The translations under genes were made by a program, and so were the position numbers. A model generated the notes under the pieces. It saw only the letters and a list, made by a program, of their open reading frames with translations, ran no database searches and was not told the origin of the DNA. From assembly GCA_038496445.1 (NCBI GenBank), contig JALMLS010000320.1, forward strand, positions 1-64,000: a stretch of 64,000 bases of DNA, read 5' to 3'. This DNA comes from Trichosphaerium sp. ATCC 40318 (lineage: Eukaryota > Protista > Tubulinea). Positions within the stretch are counted from its first letter, which is position 1. Each line of letters starts with the position of its first letter. Below are positions 24,471 through 37,400 of this stretch, one piece after another.

Positions 24471-25420
24471 TATGACTAAAGGTCACTTGAATAGCAGCGC
24501 GCATAGCAAAACAATAGTTATTTTTCAAATTGACGCTAGTACAGCCAGTTTTGAAAAGTTTTTCGTTTGTATTTTATCATGCGCAAGTACGAACTATCAT
24601 GTGACCCTTTAATACGCTACTGCTAATGTCACACCCTCGCTTACACTAAATGTAAAGAGCGAAATGTATTTCAATTTTTCATCCAAAGCGTTGTGTACAA
24701 TTTAGACTTCTCATCTATCCCCATGTGAGGAGCTACCAGTGAGTGGTAGATCATAACCATAATTATCTTAGGATTGAGCATACTTGCTGTTTCTGAAAAA
24801 GGTGCGGTACGTCTGCTAAAGGCGAAGCGGTACTACTAGAGAAAACGTTTCACAGCAACTCTTTTTTTCCCGTTACGAAAGCTCACAATTAACTACAAAA
24901 CTAAAAGTACTTCCCCGTACACTGCATATTACTATGTCTTAGTATACAAGAGTTTCTCTGTACGTTTTAGTGCGGTTACGTCAACAGTTGTAAAAAAGAT
25001 AAAAAAAGAAGCAAAATAAAACAGCGCTAGAACACCGTTTTATATCGCTACCTTATGGTAATCTGACGGGCTCCAGCGGGACGGGGGAGTGAATCTAGTA
25101 CACAATGACGCTAGTAAAACTCGCCCGCGAATCGTTGTTTTATCAGCGAAACAACCAAAGAAAACTGTATAATGGGTATTATCACGTGATAGCCAGTTTT
25201 TCTACACAGGTGCTGACGTAATAGAGATGGGGCGGGTTTTTTTTAGTCCGCTATTATCGGCCAATCCTTAAACATGTATAATATTGTTTTCTTATACCTA
25301 TGGAGGCCATAGGTTCGTTTAAACTGTCGGCCAAAACTCTTTGTGATTCGTACACTTTTAAGAGCATCTTTGCTTAATCAATAAACGTCCTAAGTAGACA
25401 TAAAATACAAACCAAGCGTG

Positions 25421-27992
25421 ATGAGCAACAACTCTACTGCTCTTAAAGTACTTCTTGTACTTTCTATAGTCACTCTCGTGTCTAGTGGTACGTTAAAAAA
25501 GGATAAATTTCAAGTACAATGTGGCACAGTTCTGATTGTTTGTTCGTTTAGCAACTATTACAGCGCCCGTTATTGGAGATCAAACATGTCGCGAAGGATC
25601 AAGCCCAATGAACGTACCTACAAACACACTTTCTTGGGGAAGTAACGGAAGGTTCTCTGTCATAAAGTTCCGTATCTTTGATGACGAAGGTGGTTCAGTA
25701 CCACGTGGAGCTACTATTGACTCTGCTACTTTAACTTTCATTGGTGAAAACAATGGCGAATATCGCGGAAACATTTACAGATCGGCTGTTGATTGGCAAG
25801 AAAGTACTGTCAGTTACGCAAACTTTGGCCCTTCTCCTGGAGCCGATACAGCAGATTTCAGCGGTCCTTTGATAGCTGGATTTGATGATACACGAAGAAA
25901 CCAAGCTCTTACTATTGATGTTACAAGCGCAGTTCTAGCATGGAATGGTGGTCAAAACAACTTCGGTTTTGTAATTGTACCAGGTAAACGTCAAGTATGT
26001 AAGGCATTTTTACTGATGGTTTTATGTTTAGATGGTAATGGTAGAGGCCACTCGGCAGTTTACTCTTCAGAATCACAAGATGATCCAGTACTTCAGATTG
26101 AAGTCCGTGAAGAGTACCAAGGATACGATGGCTCTGATAACAACCTTAATAACCCAACCTATGGTGCTGTTAATACACCTCTGTTACGTCAAGTAATGAG
26201 TAACGGAGGTAACATTGTCATACCAACGTCGTATGATGACGGTGTCTCTGTAGTACGCTAACATTACCTTTTTTTTTTGTTTGCGACTTTATTAACTTTA
26301 TTTGCTAGCCACGTGCTTTAGATTCTAGTGGTAACCCTCTTCCTTCAGTTCGATTAGTAAGTAATCTTGTTGCCGGTCATGTTGAACAAAGATCACGTGC
26401 AAGAAACCCGAGAAGGTAATTATTTTCACAAAACAAAAACTTTCATTTGTCGCCTTTATTCCCATGTCTCACACGGTACTCTAGACATACTGATTTATTG
26501 ACATATTTTGGTCAATTCATCGATCACGATATTGATTTAACACCAGAAGGTGGCGATGACTTCAATATTGTAATACCTGCAGGCGATCCAATCTTCACAG
26601 GAGAATTCCATTTTACAAGAGCTGTACCAATATCTGGAACTCCAGCAAATCAACCTCTCGAACATCCAAACGTCATCAGTGCTTACATTGATGGTTCAAT
26701 GGTATACGGAAACAGCGTCGAGCACGCCAATAGTTTGAGAACAATGTACGTTCTGAAATGTTTTAAGTTTGTTTTCTCGGTTTTGAGATTAAGTTATGTT
26801 TAGGAATAACGGACTTATGAAAACAAGTGCTGGCGATTTCTTGCCTTTTAATCTTGCTGAACTTAACCTTGAGATGGGAAACATTGGCTTTGTTTCAGAC
26901 GAGGAAATATTCGCTGCTGGTGATGTCAGAGTTAATGAAAACGCTGTCTTGACTTGTTTGCATACTCTTTTTGTTAGAGAGCATAACAGAATAGCCGGAG
27001 AGCTTCAAACAGACAACCCAACTTGGTCAGATGAGAGACTATTCCAAGAAGCTAGACGTCGTGTCATTGCTATTATACAATCCATTACAATGTACGAATG
27101 GCTTCCAGAGATCATTGGAAACATACCTAACTACAGTGTACGCCCAGCTCCAACATTGCTTTCGCTGTTTCAGTAGCAACCAACTGACTTCTTGATTTCA
27201 GGGCTACAACGACAATGTTAATCCTGGTATCATGAACGTATTCTCAGGAGCCGCATTCCGCTTTGGACACAGTCTCATCAGCACTGTAATTCACAGAGTT
27301 GATCCTGACTTTCACTCTATCTCACAAGGACCTATTCTCCTTCGTAACGCTTTTTTCAATCCTGTTGCTATTCAATACGGTATTGGATCCATGCTAAGAG
27401 GCGTCATGATGCAACAACACGAAGCCGTTGATGTACTTGTGAGCGATGACTTGAGGAACTTCCTATTCCAAAACGTTGGAGGCGGTGGAGCTCAAACACA
27501 CGATTTGATATCATTCAACCTTCAAAGAGGCAGAGACTTAGGTCTACCTGACTACAACACACTTCGTGCTGCATACGGCTTTTCAAGAATGAACGACTTC
27601 TCTGATGTATCAAGCGACCCTGGAACTGTTAATGCCCTTGCTACTGCATATGCTAGTGTTGATGACATTGATCCGTTCATTGGTGGTCTAGCTGAAGGTA
27701 CTATTACACTACTTAACTATCACGTGACTTATTTGTATTTTTAGATCAACTTCCTAACAGTAAACTTGGTGAGTTGTTCACAGCTATACTCAGAGACCAA
27801 TTCACAAGATTGAGAAGCGGTGATAGATTTTGGTTTGAAAATGGACACTTTAGCGCTCAAGAGACTCAAGAGTTGTTGGACACTAAAATGCTTGATGTTA
27901 TTATTCGTAATACTGACACAAGATCATCAACAGCTAGAGATTTTACCTCTGCTTTTTCATTAAGCGATTCATCAGATGTACCTAACATGTAA
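25421..27992 (+). CDS. Secreted heme peroxidase (peroxidase-cyclooxygenase superfamily) with N-terminal DNRLRE-like domain
   Basis: Signal peptide; SATLTF...DWQESTVSY...TIDVTSAV...NFGF...SSE...PVLQI; YDGSDNNLNNPTYGA; FGQFIDHDI (distal His); AGDVRVNEN; AFRFGHS (proximal His); QRGRDLGLPDYN; DQFTRLRSGDRFWFEN. Confidence 0.93.
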
Positions 27993-28155
27993 TTCAAAGT
28001 GTACCACAGAACCTGCTCTGTAAATAAAAATCTAGATCCAAAGCCCAAATCACAAGTGCTGTTTTTTTTATTTTCAATTTTTACAAGTACAAATCGCAAG
28101 TGCTCTTTTTTTTTTTGATTCTACGTTCAAACTATTTTACAATATCGATTTTGTA

Positions 28156-31100
28156 TTATACAACCACCTTCTTTTTAGGCGTTATCTTTCTTTTCTTTTT
28201 AGAAGGAGAAAATTCATTATTATCATCGTCACCTTTTTTACTAGTAGCCATAGCCATACTATCACGTTTTCTTTTTTTCTTTTTATATCCTTTGGTATGA
28301 GGTAAAACATCATCATTGTAATCCAACCACTCCAAGGCTTTTCTTGCTGCTCTTTCCTTTGCAATCTTCTTCTTATATGGAGACATACCTATACCGATAG
28401 CTACAGTATTATCTCCAGTCATGTTAACATCACCATCGGCATCAACACCAGTTATCTGAGGAACTCTTACTATTACTTTAAATCCAACATCTTTGTATTT
28501 TATAGTTTGAATAGTAACTCTACAATTAAGTCTTGCTACTCTCATATAAAGGCTTGATATAGGATCCATAAGAACTTTTTCTGGTGTAACATTATTATAC
28601 AAGTGATCTCTCATAATATTGTCGAGGAACACCTAAACACAAAAGCTTCAGAAACAAGCCAATATTTTTTGTTTAAAGTTGCTTTTTTTTTTGTTTTACA
28701 ATTGAAGGGTTGTTGCTGCGTACCTTTTTAACTGCCTCTAGGTTAAATCCACTATCTATAAATACAGCGCCAGCAACGGATTCAACAATATCACCAAGAA
28801 CTTTAGGCACGTGATCCTATTTTGATTGTAAGAGTAATGTCCAACTATGTTTGTGTTTGTTGTAATCGTACAATTTCGTGTATTGGCTTTGATTTAATAT
28901 CATTTCCAAAACTTGTTATTGCTCTTGCTAGTTTACTAGAACGGTACTCCAAATGAGTAGGAAAGTTATGTGCATGTCCTATAACAGCAAGGGCAGCATT
29001 ATTGACAGCTGCCTAAACAGAAAATAAGACGACAAACACAAAAAAAAAAACGCTAGAAAAAAAGTACCATCTTCAAGTCAGATAACCTGCCTTCAGGGAG
29101 GTTTGGGTATCTATCATACAAGTTCTCAAGAACAAGATAATCCAAAATAGCATCACCCAAAAACTCCATACGTTGGTAAGAAGGTACTTTGCTTGAAAAA
29201 TACGACCCATGTGTTAACGCTTCAGCCAAAAGAGCTTTTGTTTCAAACCTAAAGAAAAAATAAAATAAACGATGCGTTCTTCTTATGTTGGTGTCTTTAG
29301 TATTCTAATGAACTTACGTGTATCCTAGACGCTCTTGTATAGCTTCCATACGATATTCTTTTGAGAAGTCTCCAGGCTTGAACGATGTTGGTTTTTTCAA
29401 TAAAGATACATCCCATAAGCTCTCTTGTTCTAAGAACGATACCAAGAAACCCTTCGCTTTTTCCAAACCAAAACTAAGGTAATATGCTCCCAGAAGAGCC
29501 TCTACAGAGTCTGCGAGTTGTTTATAGGATATCCTTTGCATTGCAAAGTTAGCAAACAGAATAGCTGAATTTTGTAGTCCTCTTGCGTGTTTTCTTGAAT
29601 GCAAAAAACCAGGAGGTTGCCATTCCTACAGAAAACGTTAATGAGACTCTATGAGGAGTTGATGTACGTACAATACGACTGAATGATTTTGACAAGAAAT
29701 ATGACTGTAGATCCCTTGTTTTAGCTGCATTAAATAGCGTCAAGTTACTCACCATTTTCGACCTACACGTGGTAAACCAAGGATTAATATTTCTTAAGTA
29801 TATTCTTATTTTTTTCTTATACTATTTACCTGAACTTTGTGAGGTATCCTTCTCCTCTTTTTTGATGTTTAAGATATAGATGTACTGTTGTAAGTAATTC
29901 CAATACGCTATCTCCTAATATCTCCAAACGTTGATAATTCTGGAACTTGTTCGCTTGTGGAGAAGATAGAGCGCAAACAAATAGTTCGAATTGGTTTTCA
30001 TCGAATCCTTTGATCCCAATTTTCTCTACGTACTCCAAGAAGAGTAACCTGTTCTCTATTGTCCATAGTATACAAGGTAAAACCGTAGCGGCTTTATATA
30101 AATACAAAGAGAAGGGAAAAACTTGCAAAAGCTCCAAAGGAAGAAAAGCGTCACCTTGCCTTAAAGACGATTGTGACTTATCATCGTTTTGCCTTTGCTT
30201 CGGTTTTTGTAGTTTGTTTATACAGCTGAATTGACGTCTATCAAGTCTTTTTACTTGCATCATAGGTTGCCTTAATCTCCTCAATTTGAGGAAATGCTTG
30301 GCTTCAAAGTAATGCGCAAAGGTGTCATAATTTTCTTCAGCAAAAGCATCATTTGGGAAAGGAGATAATGGAGACATGTCGTAACAAACACGTGAACCAA
30401 GGTAATGCGCAGTTTTGAAATGAGGTGTAATAAAAACTGTTGTATCTCTATCCCATGTTGATATATCTTCTACCTTCGGAGGATCTTTAAATCGAGTGAG
30501 TGTTGTGTTAATTGTATGCCAGTCAATTACACTATCATTGTTTTTGTTAATAGGCACAACGAGAAAGTTCTTTGCGGTGCTTTTTGGATCAAACTGAGAC
30601 GTCTGGAGAGTCAGGAGTTGAGAGAATAGTACTCGATGATACTGAGATATTAAGTCTAATTGATCTTGTGTTAGGTCGATATTAAAGGCGTTTGGGGTGA
30701 TAGAAGCCTTGACAGGCAAAGGTATGTTTCTGTCATCAAGTTCTTGAGAGAAAACGTCAAACGTCTTTGTATTTCCACCAAGAGCAATATTTGGGAGTGT
30801 CTTTGCTGTTATCATTCCAAAATGTACTTGTACTATTTCTTTATCTGGTGTAAGGGTAGGTATAACTATAGAGTGAAGCTGGAGTGATGATTCTGAGTTA
30901 ATTTCAGCGCTCAATACTTTAGCAACCATGTTTTTGTGATAAGGACAAGTGCTCTTTTTAGGTCTCAGTTTCTGTTTACCCATCGCTTTACTCTCTTCAT
31001 CAAGTGACGGAAAGTTTGGCAATAGGTTATTACCAAGTGCACCGATCTAAGTAAACAGTTGTTAATACAGAGAAAGCAAGTAGTGATGAGTTGTGAAAGT

Positions 31101-34033
31101 GAAGAAGCGAACCTGATGGAGTTTCTTAATAGCTGATAGACTAGCATGTTCTTTTGCAAGTCTCTTACTCTGAACGAACTGGCTCCAAAATTCTCTTTCT
31201 TTCCCTTCGAGAGGTGTAGTTGGTGGCAATATAAGCCTACAAGCGTATGTTTCATCAATTGGTTCACTTGAATAAATAAACTTTGGTGTTTTTGGACCGT
31301 ATACATCACCACCTAGTTATCATCACTTAGTCACATAGAAGAGACGCAAAATAAATCAAAAATTCAGAGAAAAAAGTCACGTGCAGTGTTAGTATGTTAT
31401 AGTTCTGTATTTTTTTCCAAAGAGAAAATTCAACTTGCTCAATGACTTCAAAAAAGGATTATTGACGTACCTCTAAGGCTCTGTACATATCTATTTAATA
31501 AAGATACTGCTGAAACAAGTGTAGCTTTTGCTCCTGTTTCAGGTACTACGTATTCAACAATACTTTCGGCGTAAAGTGGCAGAATCTGTTTCTCTTTGGC
31601 GTTTTGTTTTTTTAACACTTGGCGAAAAAAATAAGAGTCTATAATTAAGACGAGTTCCTTTTCTTACCTATTTGTGTCACAATACCCATTACTCTATCTG
31701 AGTTGTCTACAATCTGATTGACCTTCTCTAGTAGTGGTTCGTTGCTTTGGTCAAGCAACAAGTAGAATTTTGATTCAGATTGCCTTAACAGGGTATTTAG
31801 TGGTTTGATAATGACTTGTTGATAAACGCAGTACCTGGCTCTTCCGCGGGATTGAACATACTGTTGGATTGACTGAGGAGGATCGAACATGACGACAGTT
31901 TGGCAAGGTTGGATATCAAGACCCTCTTGTGCGACAGAAGTACACACAAGTACATTGAATACACCACGTGAAAACTTATCAACAATATCTTTTTGTTCTT
32001 CAGCACGTTGTCTTGCGTTGCCATCCTCTGTCCATTCACCTTCTAAACAAAAAAAAGCACGTGAGTAACCTCCATAGCCACAACTAAGAAAAAACTTTTT
32101 CTTACGTCCTTGTGTTCCCATGAGTTCATGTGCTTTAATACGCTTCAAGCCAGGAGATTTGTTTATAAACTCCACCAGAATTTTTGTTGTTACACGTTTG
32201 TTGACAAAAATAATTGTTCTCCTAGACAAGTTCAGTAAAATAAAATACATCACATTGTGATTCATTAATACAGAATCATAAATGTCTATTGAAACGTACG
32301 CTATTGCTGCATCATCTTCACTACCGTATAACTCCAGCATGACATTCTCCAAGGCTTTTAATTTCGGTGATACGTGGTTAAGAGTTGGTAAAGGACATAG
32401 GAGACTCAATGTCGTTGCTATAGCCTCTTGAGCTTCCATCATTGCTCTCTTCTTCTCCATATCACAAACATCAGTTAGTTCTTGAGCCATAGAACTAACA
32501 TGTGTCGAAGCTAGGTAGGGTAAGTGACATGATGCAAACAATCACAACAAAAAATCATCAATTATCACATACCACACCAAAAACCAAGCTCCTGATACGT
32601 TACTCGCACTTCAGCACCTAATTTGGCTACACGTTTCTTTACTTTTGCGATATCTTCATTATTCTTATCTTCAGGTATGGAAGCAACAGCCTATTTTTTA
32701 TGTGAGTAAGGAAAGCCAAAATAAGCACTTTGTACCTCTCCAACGCTTTGTTCTATCATGCCAGCATACGATTCATTGTACTCTACGAATTTCTCGTATT
32801 CAATCTTGAGAGTGACAGCGCGATGTTTGAACTGTTCTAGAAACTTTGCATGTTCATCAGATGTTTTTAATTCACAATCCAAAAATTGTTCTCTTATGTT
32901 GATTTTTTCGTATATTTGCTCATAACTATCATGCGGCTTCAGATCCTTATGGTAATAGGTGAGTAAGATGTAATATTTAAATTATATTTATTGTTACCTT
33001 CAATGGCGTAGCGCTCAATCCAAGTAACTATGACATATTTGTGTTAGTTTGATTTCACGTGATTTGTGGGTTTTTTTTTTGTTTGTTTTGACAAACTTGA
33101 TTGTACCTTTGGTCTTTCTTTAGTTGGAGTTGAGTGATATATTTCTTTTAATATACAAGCATAAGGATGGTTTTTGGTCGCATGATGACTAACAGGATGA
33201 TTACATTTTCTTTATGCAACAAGTCAAAGAAAATAGGTCGGCATACCATTCATCTAGTACTATCAAGTTGATATCTGCCATTGAAATCAGTTTATGTCGT
33301 AAAAGATCCAGGAATATTTGAGCACTTGCAACGAAAATCTGGAGATAATGAAGTAAGTCAAAGAGGAATAACACTAGCAAAAAAAAAGGTACATTATTTT
33401 TTTCCAAAACTTCTTTCCAATTACTTTCTTGCCATAGTTTCACATTAGTTTCGGAAAAAAGAGTAGTAACAGACAGCCCAAGACCCGAAATATTCCTTGA
33501 AATAACCTTTTAAAACAGTAAGCGCTTAGTGTTGAGAAGAGAGATTAGAAAACTTAGATTAATTGATTTTTTTGTTTGACATTGTTATTTTGCTCGAAAC
33601 GTTTGCATGAACGCTAAAGACGTACGGCCTCCATTGCGAAAACAAGGTGTACTGTCGTTACCAAATAAAATGTCCACTTTCTACCACCGTCTTTGAGAGA
33701 TGTCGTTTGAGGTTTTAATTGGTTTGAAAGAGCCTATTAGTCGATTAAACGATGATAACGAAACCGTTGTTACAATTCACGTGTAAGAAACGTACGCGTA
33801 TGAGAAATGCAGCTACAAACGTTTTACCTGCACCTGTAGGTAAATACGCCACAATGTTCCCTTTCTTGGCTAACTCAACGATTTCGTCTTGATACGCGCG
33901 TGGTACGTCTTGTGAAGCTGTAGACGCGTGTTAGATTGAAAAAAATAAAGTTGTCAATGCTATATTGTGCCACAACGCTGTATTGTTGTAATGGCGTACA
34001 AGTGTCCATGTTGATAGTATTTTCAGCGTCCAT
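28156..34033 (-). CDS. DICER1: Dicer endoribonuclease, complete architecture (DExD helicase, helicase C, DUF283, platform/PAZ, 2x RNase III, dsRBD)
   Basis: PRAYQ..NIVAYLPTGAGKT, LIVLDE, TSVAQEGLDI, YVQSRGRAR, PAZ TFAHYFEAKH, YQRLEILGDSVL, LADSVEALLGA, YQRMEFLGDAILD, PKVLGDIVESVAGA and a dsRBD KKKIAKERAARKAL. Confidence 0.95.
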
Positions 34034-34461
34034 ATTGACACAAACAGCTTAGTCACACCAAACCGCCTAGATTTAGTATATCGTACAAAGAGATGTGGTT
34101 GAGTGGTTTGTTATCCGTTAATAGTGATTTTTTGAGTGACAAATGATTGAATTGGTAGTTTGAGCAAAAAAAGTCCTACAAGGTCATGAACTCTAAAGGA
34201 AATTATAAAAACATCAATAAGCGTACGAGTGTACGTATTTGCAAATATCATTTAACGTTTTTAAAGTTTTACGTTTGAATTTTTGAATAAACATTTCTTT
34301 AATGCCGCTGATAGTACGATTTACGCGTAAAGAAACTTATATGCTATGTGTAAACGGTCGAAATGATTTACCGCCACTATCAGATTTTTTGATTAAGCCA
34401 ATAATACCACTTGAGAGTCCCTACATAACACTACTTGATGTACCATTTGTGTTTACAAACA

Positions 34462-37400
34462 ATGGCGTACGTTCAAAAAAAATCCAGTGTTTTTTCTCTT
34501 TTTTTCAACTGAACAAACTGATAGATCGAAATCTCTCGTTTGTTCTCTCGCCTTAGATCGTACATATCACGACAGCTAGTACTTATTCAAAAGTACGTAC
34601 TAAGCACTTTTATTTGCTCATGTGCTTTTTTAATTCTTACCACGTGATGTAGCAACGTTGATGACAACTCATTATCCAAATCGGTTGATCGTTGTCTAAA
34701 ACAACTTAGTTGCTTTCTAGCAACAAATGTACGCTATCCAAGCTTTCCTAATTTGTGCACATGGACTGACTTATTACTAGAAGATATACTTAGCGCATTG
34801 TAAAGCAATACGAAACGAGTACACAAAGTTGTTCAGTACGATTGCACGATTTTGATAAAAAACTTGATTAATTTATTTTCCTCTTAGAGCGTATTGAATG
34901 TCCTTCAACACCTGAAACTATAAAGATACACCACTTATTGCGGTGCTATCAAGTCGATCATGCATCACAATTTTTAACTGCGTACAATGAGGGTCGTATA
35001 CTAGGTGAGGATGGTAGTATGGTTGAAACTTTCTTTGCCATGATGTTGGACGAAGTCCTTGAGTTCTATACTACCTGGTACGTTAGCAAAGCAATCACAG
35101 CCCCGCTTGCCCTTGTACTATACAGTACTGTTGCACAATAGTTTTAGTGACCATCTCGTTAGGACGTACGATGTATTCTCTTCACATCATGGTTCTGACT
35201 TGATGTGGCTCCTGTTGAAAATAAAGGAAGCTGTCGCAAGTACTATGTCACCGCTTATATACTGGACCATCATTGAGGATAATTATAAAAAGATAATCTC
35301 AATAAAGGCCAGTGAAGAAGCACCAAAGGAGATGATGAGAAAAGCTGTTGGATTTGGTTCTCATTTACTTCAACAAGCCTCACTTGTCTTTAAACTCAGT
35401 GAAAGTGGTGCATCTGTTGATAATAGTGAGGTTCTATCTAACTGGTTGTTTCTCCATAAACTCGTTTCATATACACCATTGTCTGGGAAAGAGTATAAAG
35501 ACACGTTTTGCAAAGAGTTTGAAATTACAGGTAAAAAGGACAAGTTTAGTTTTTTGGTTCTGATCTTGTTCATTAGAGTTTTTCGAGTTGGCACGCAAAG
35601 ACAGGCGTACGTTTATTTTATTGGTTACCTTTTGTTTGTTTGACTATGCATAGAGTATCTCACTGGAGCTTGTTGCTTGGCTATAAAAAACGCATTAATC
35701 CTGTGGAATTGCTCTGAAGTTCGTAGTGAATGTGATGGTAAAACACCGCCCATGTACTTTTTTGAGCGTCTATTCAATTACTATAAGACAGAGGTATGAT
35801 ATTAGGGGTATGATTTGAAAACTTAAAGTTGTCATAGGTGTTTATCATCGTGAACTTTTACCCGGAATTTCTGTTGGACCTTCTTAAACCGATGAAATTA
35901 GTCATTCCAGATTCTTGTGTTGATAATAATCTTGGACAAGTACTATTGGCAACACATACAGTATTAAGTGCATCTACAAAAGCAGATTGGAGGAAATACT
36001 TCTTATGGTTGAAGTCACATTTTACTGAAGTGTTCAAAAAACATTTACAAAGCTCTACAGCTGTTATTAATGTATTCTCATTCCTTGCCATATTCTTGGA
36101 TCAAAACCCAAATATCAAAGCATTCAGAGGTAACAATGATAACAATATTCTATAACTAACATAATCATAGGATACCTCAAAAAGCTTGTTAAAGGTAATC
36201 AAGCGCAACTTTGATAGATTCTTGCTTTCGTTTGAATTTTCTTTTGCAGTTTTTTTATGCTGTTGCTTTGCACCACGAGTTTAGTTTTGCATGTGCACCA
36301 AAATTTTTGTAGTTAAATTTACTTGCCTAGGATTGATTTTATCTACAAATGTACGATGTCATGAACAAATGATCAAAGGCATGTTTATGCTAATACGTAT
36401 TGCTCAAAACATGCCTCAAACCACAGAATCACAAAGCTTACTTGAGGTAAAACCCCACCCCCATCTTTTGCCATTAAATCTATTCAACAGTTGTACTAAC
36501 AGCTTCGTCAACAGTTCATGATTGGAATAAATAATACTGTAGTAGCAAACGTTGTCAATCAAATAATATCAACTACAGACATTGATATGTCTGATAGTCA
36601 GTTTGATCGCCCAGAGATTAACCACAAAGTACGTAATTAGATAATAACTATTACTCAGTTAACGGTTATTGCTAGGATGAGCAAGCTTGGTTTGCTTGTA
36701 TAAAGTTGATAATGTCAAACATTAGAAAATGTTGTATTGCTTCTCCAAAGTACTTTAACCTCTTTGTGAATGATGGAATTTCTGGGATGCTCTCATCACC
36801 GTTTAATATGAGTTTGTATAAAATAATAACGTCACAAATTAAAATGATGGTGAGTCCATACGAGAAGTACTGGAAAACGAAACACGAAGCAAGAGACTGT
36901 CCACAGTACGCTCACTTTTTTTTATTTTCGAAGAAATTTTTCGCGGTTTAAACCAACACGTGAGCGTTGAAACTCATGCAGCTTAATACTAAGAGAAACT
37001 ACAAACACCCATTCAAGATTTTCTAAACAATAAACTTAGATTCTTGGCTCCTATTGCAGCATCAATAGCAAAACATGTTATGCATCCTTTGTTGGAATGG
37101 ATGTCTGATAAAGAGAAATACTCACGTTATTCTTCGGATACAACACCATACCACGTTGTCATAGATATCTTAGCATACCTTACTCCTTTATGTGACATGT
37201 TCCCTTCAGCAGTACTAGTGCGTATTTTTAAATTAACCACATGTGATATTGTTTAATAACGCACTAGAGCTATGTACGATTAACAAAGTACATGATGCAC
37301 AATAACAAATCACTTGCGCTCTCACAGAATGGACTTGTTCCTAAAACGATAGCGTTTGGTACATGTGAACGGTTATTATATCACCATTCTTCTGGATGGC

